The notes under the pieces are model-generated. The model did no database searches. It was not told where the DNA came from and saw only the letters and a list, made by a program, of their open reading frames with translations. A stretch of DNA of 63,040 nt, filler included, from Nemertoderma westbladi (Eukaryota > Animalia > Xenacoelomorpha), in assembly GCA_032718475.1 (NCBI GenBank). It is 3 parts of 3 records of this genome, joined end to end, with 100 filler letters (N's around TTAATTAATTAA, not from the genome) between each part and the next. Parts side by side here need not be neighbours in the genome. Positions count along the whole stretch, not along the records: positions 44,248 to 63,040 come from JAUCBJ010003516.1; 2 more parts are not named here. One strand, 5' to 3'. Positions 62,480 through 63,040 of the stretch are shown one piece after another. The position numbers and the translations under genes were made by a program. Every line of letters begins with the position of its first letter. The stretch's first letter is position 1.

Positions 62480-62665
62480 GTTCCACCTTGGTGTAGTGGT
62501 TGCATTGATTTCCAATCTATCTGGAGGTCGTGGGTTCGATCCCTGCAGGTAGGTGGGCCAAGGCTGCTTTCGCTCGAATGGTTTGAAGTGGCTAACAAGG
62601 GGGCATCTATGTCTTGCATCTTTAAATATTAGCTCTAACGGTCGAAGAACACTTTATTTAAATTA
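62480..62665 (+). mobile_element. tRNA-derived SINE
   Basis: Pol III A box TGGTGTAGTGG (62489-62499) and B box GGTTCGATCCC (62533-62543); no full cloverleaf; body followed by an AT-rich tail. The 3' boundary is approximate. Confidence 0.7.
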
Positions 62666-63040
62666 TTTTTTTACACGTGTTGAAAAGTATCTTAAAATAA
62701 TTGGTAATAATGTTTAAAAATTTTATAAATGTTGATAATATTTTAACAACTAATTGCAACTATCAAACTAGTTAGGAACCTGGTAATTCCGGTAAAATTC
62801 CGGCCGGAATTGACCCCATTCCGGCAATTCCGGCCGGAACCGGAATCGGGCAAAAACCACCGGAATTCCGGCCGGAACGGAATTCCGGGACATCCCTAAT
62901 TATTATCCTAGATAATAGCTGGATCTCATTCAGGGACTGTTATAATATCATCAATATTGTTGGTAATTAATATAATCAGCAACAGTTTAGGCCTAATTCT
63001 GAAATATCAATGTTTACACTGTTATAATATCATCAATATT

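Larger units (their letters stand above)
60990..62898. mobile_element. hAT-type non-autonomous element
   Basis: Perfect 17-bp TIR TAGGGATGTCCCGGAAT; 8-bp TSD ATTATTAT; the empty site is visible at ~14564. Confidence 0.93.
60416..63020. mobile_element. Second copy of the 14028-15221 foldback element, inserted in BEL gag; right end not seen
   Basis: Same left terminus and internal sequence; resumes at 62899 after the hAT insertion. Confidence 0.92.

Noticed and set aside
62480-62560. tRNA gene
   Set aside because: A and B boxes only; the acceptor and anticodon stems do not pair, so a SINE head fits better.

Overview
AT-rich, transposon-dense genomic DNA from an animal, probably an invertebrate; the taxon cannot be determined from the sequence. 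Two assembly gaps (15876-15975, 44148-44247) carry an artificial TTAATTAATTAA spacer. Four host genes look intact: a secreted Kazal-type protease inhibitor (-), an intronless secreted glutathione-peroxidase-fold protein lacking its catalytic Sec/Cys (+), an intronless RNF11 orthologue (+), and a two-exon VLDLR/lipophorin-receptor-type LDL receptor (+). There is also the 3' part of a divergent calmodulin-like gene (-). Decayed coding remnants comprise a multi-exon LRR gene with a paralogous fragment, a BEN-domain ORF and a G2E3-like HECT exon. The rest is mobile DNA and minisatellites: CR1/L2 and RTE LINE fragments, a complete-ended P-superfamily (THAP) transposon, a BEL/Pao LTR element, Kolobok-, hAT-, MULE/foldback- and Harbinger-type non-autonomous elements, a 126-bp mini-Helitron and a tRNA-derived SINE, nested up to four deep. 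I found no clearly new multi-gene system. The best leads are the pseudo-peroxidase, the near-absence of introns in normally intron-containing genes, local-template capture at RTE 5' junctions, and the BEN+HECT module. All calls were read by eye; no searches were run.
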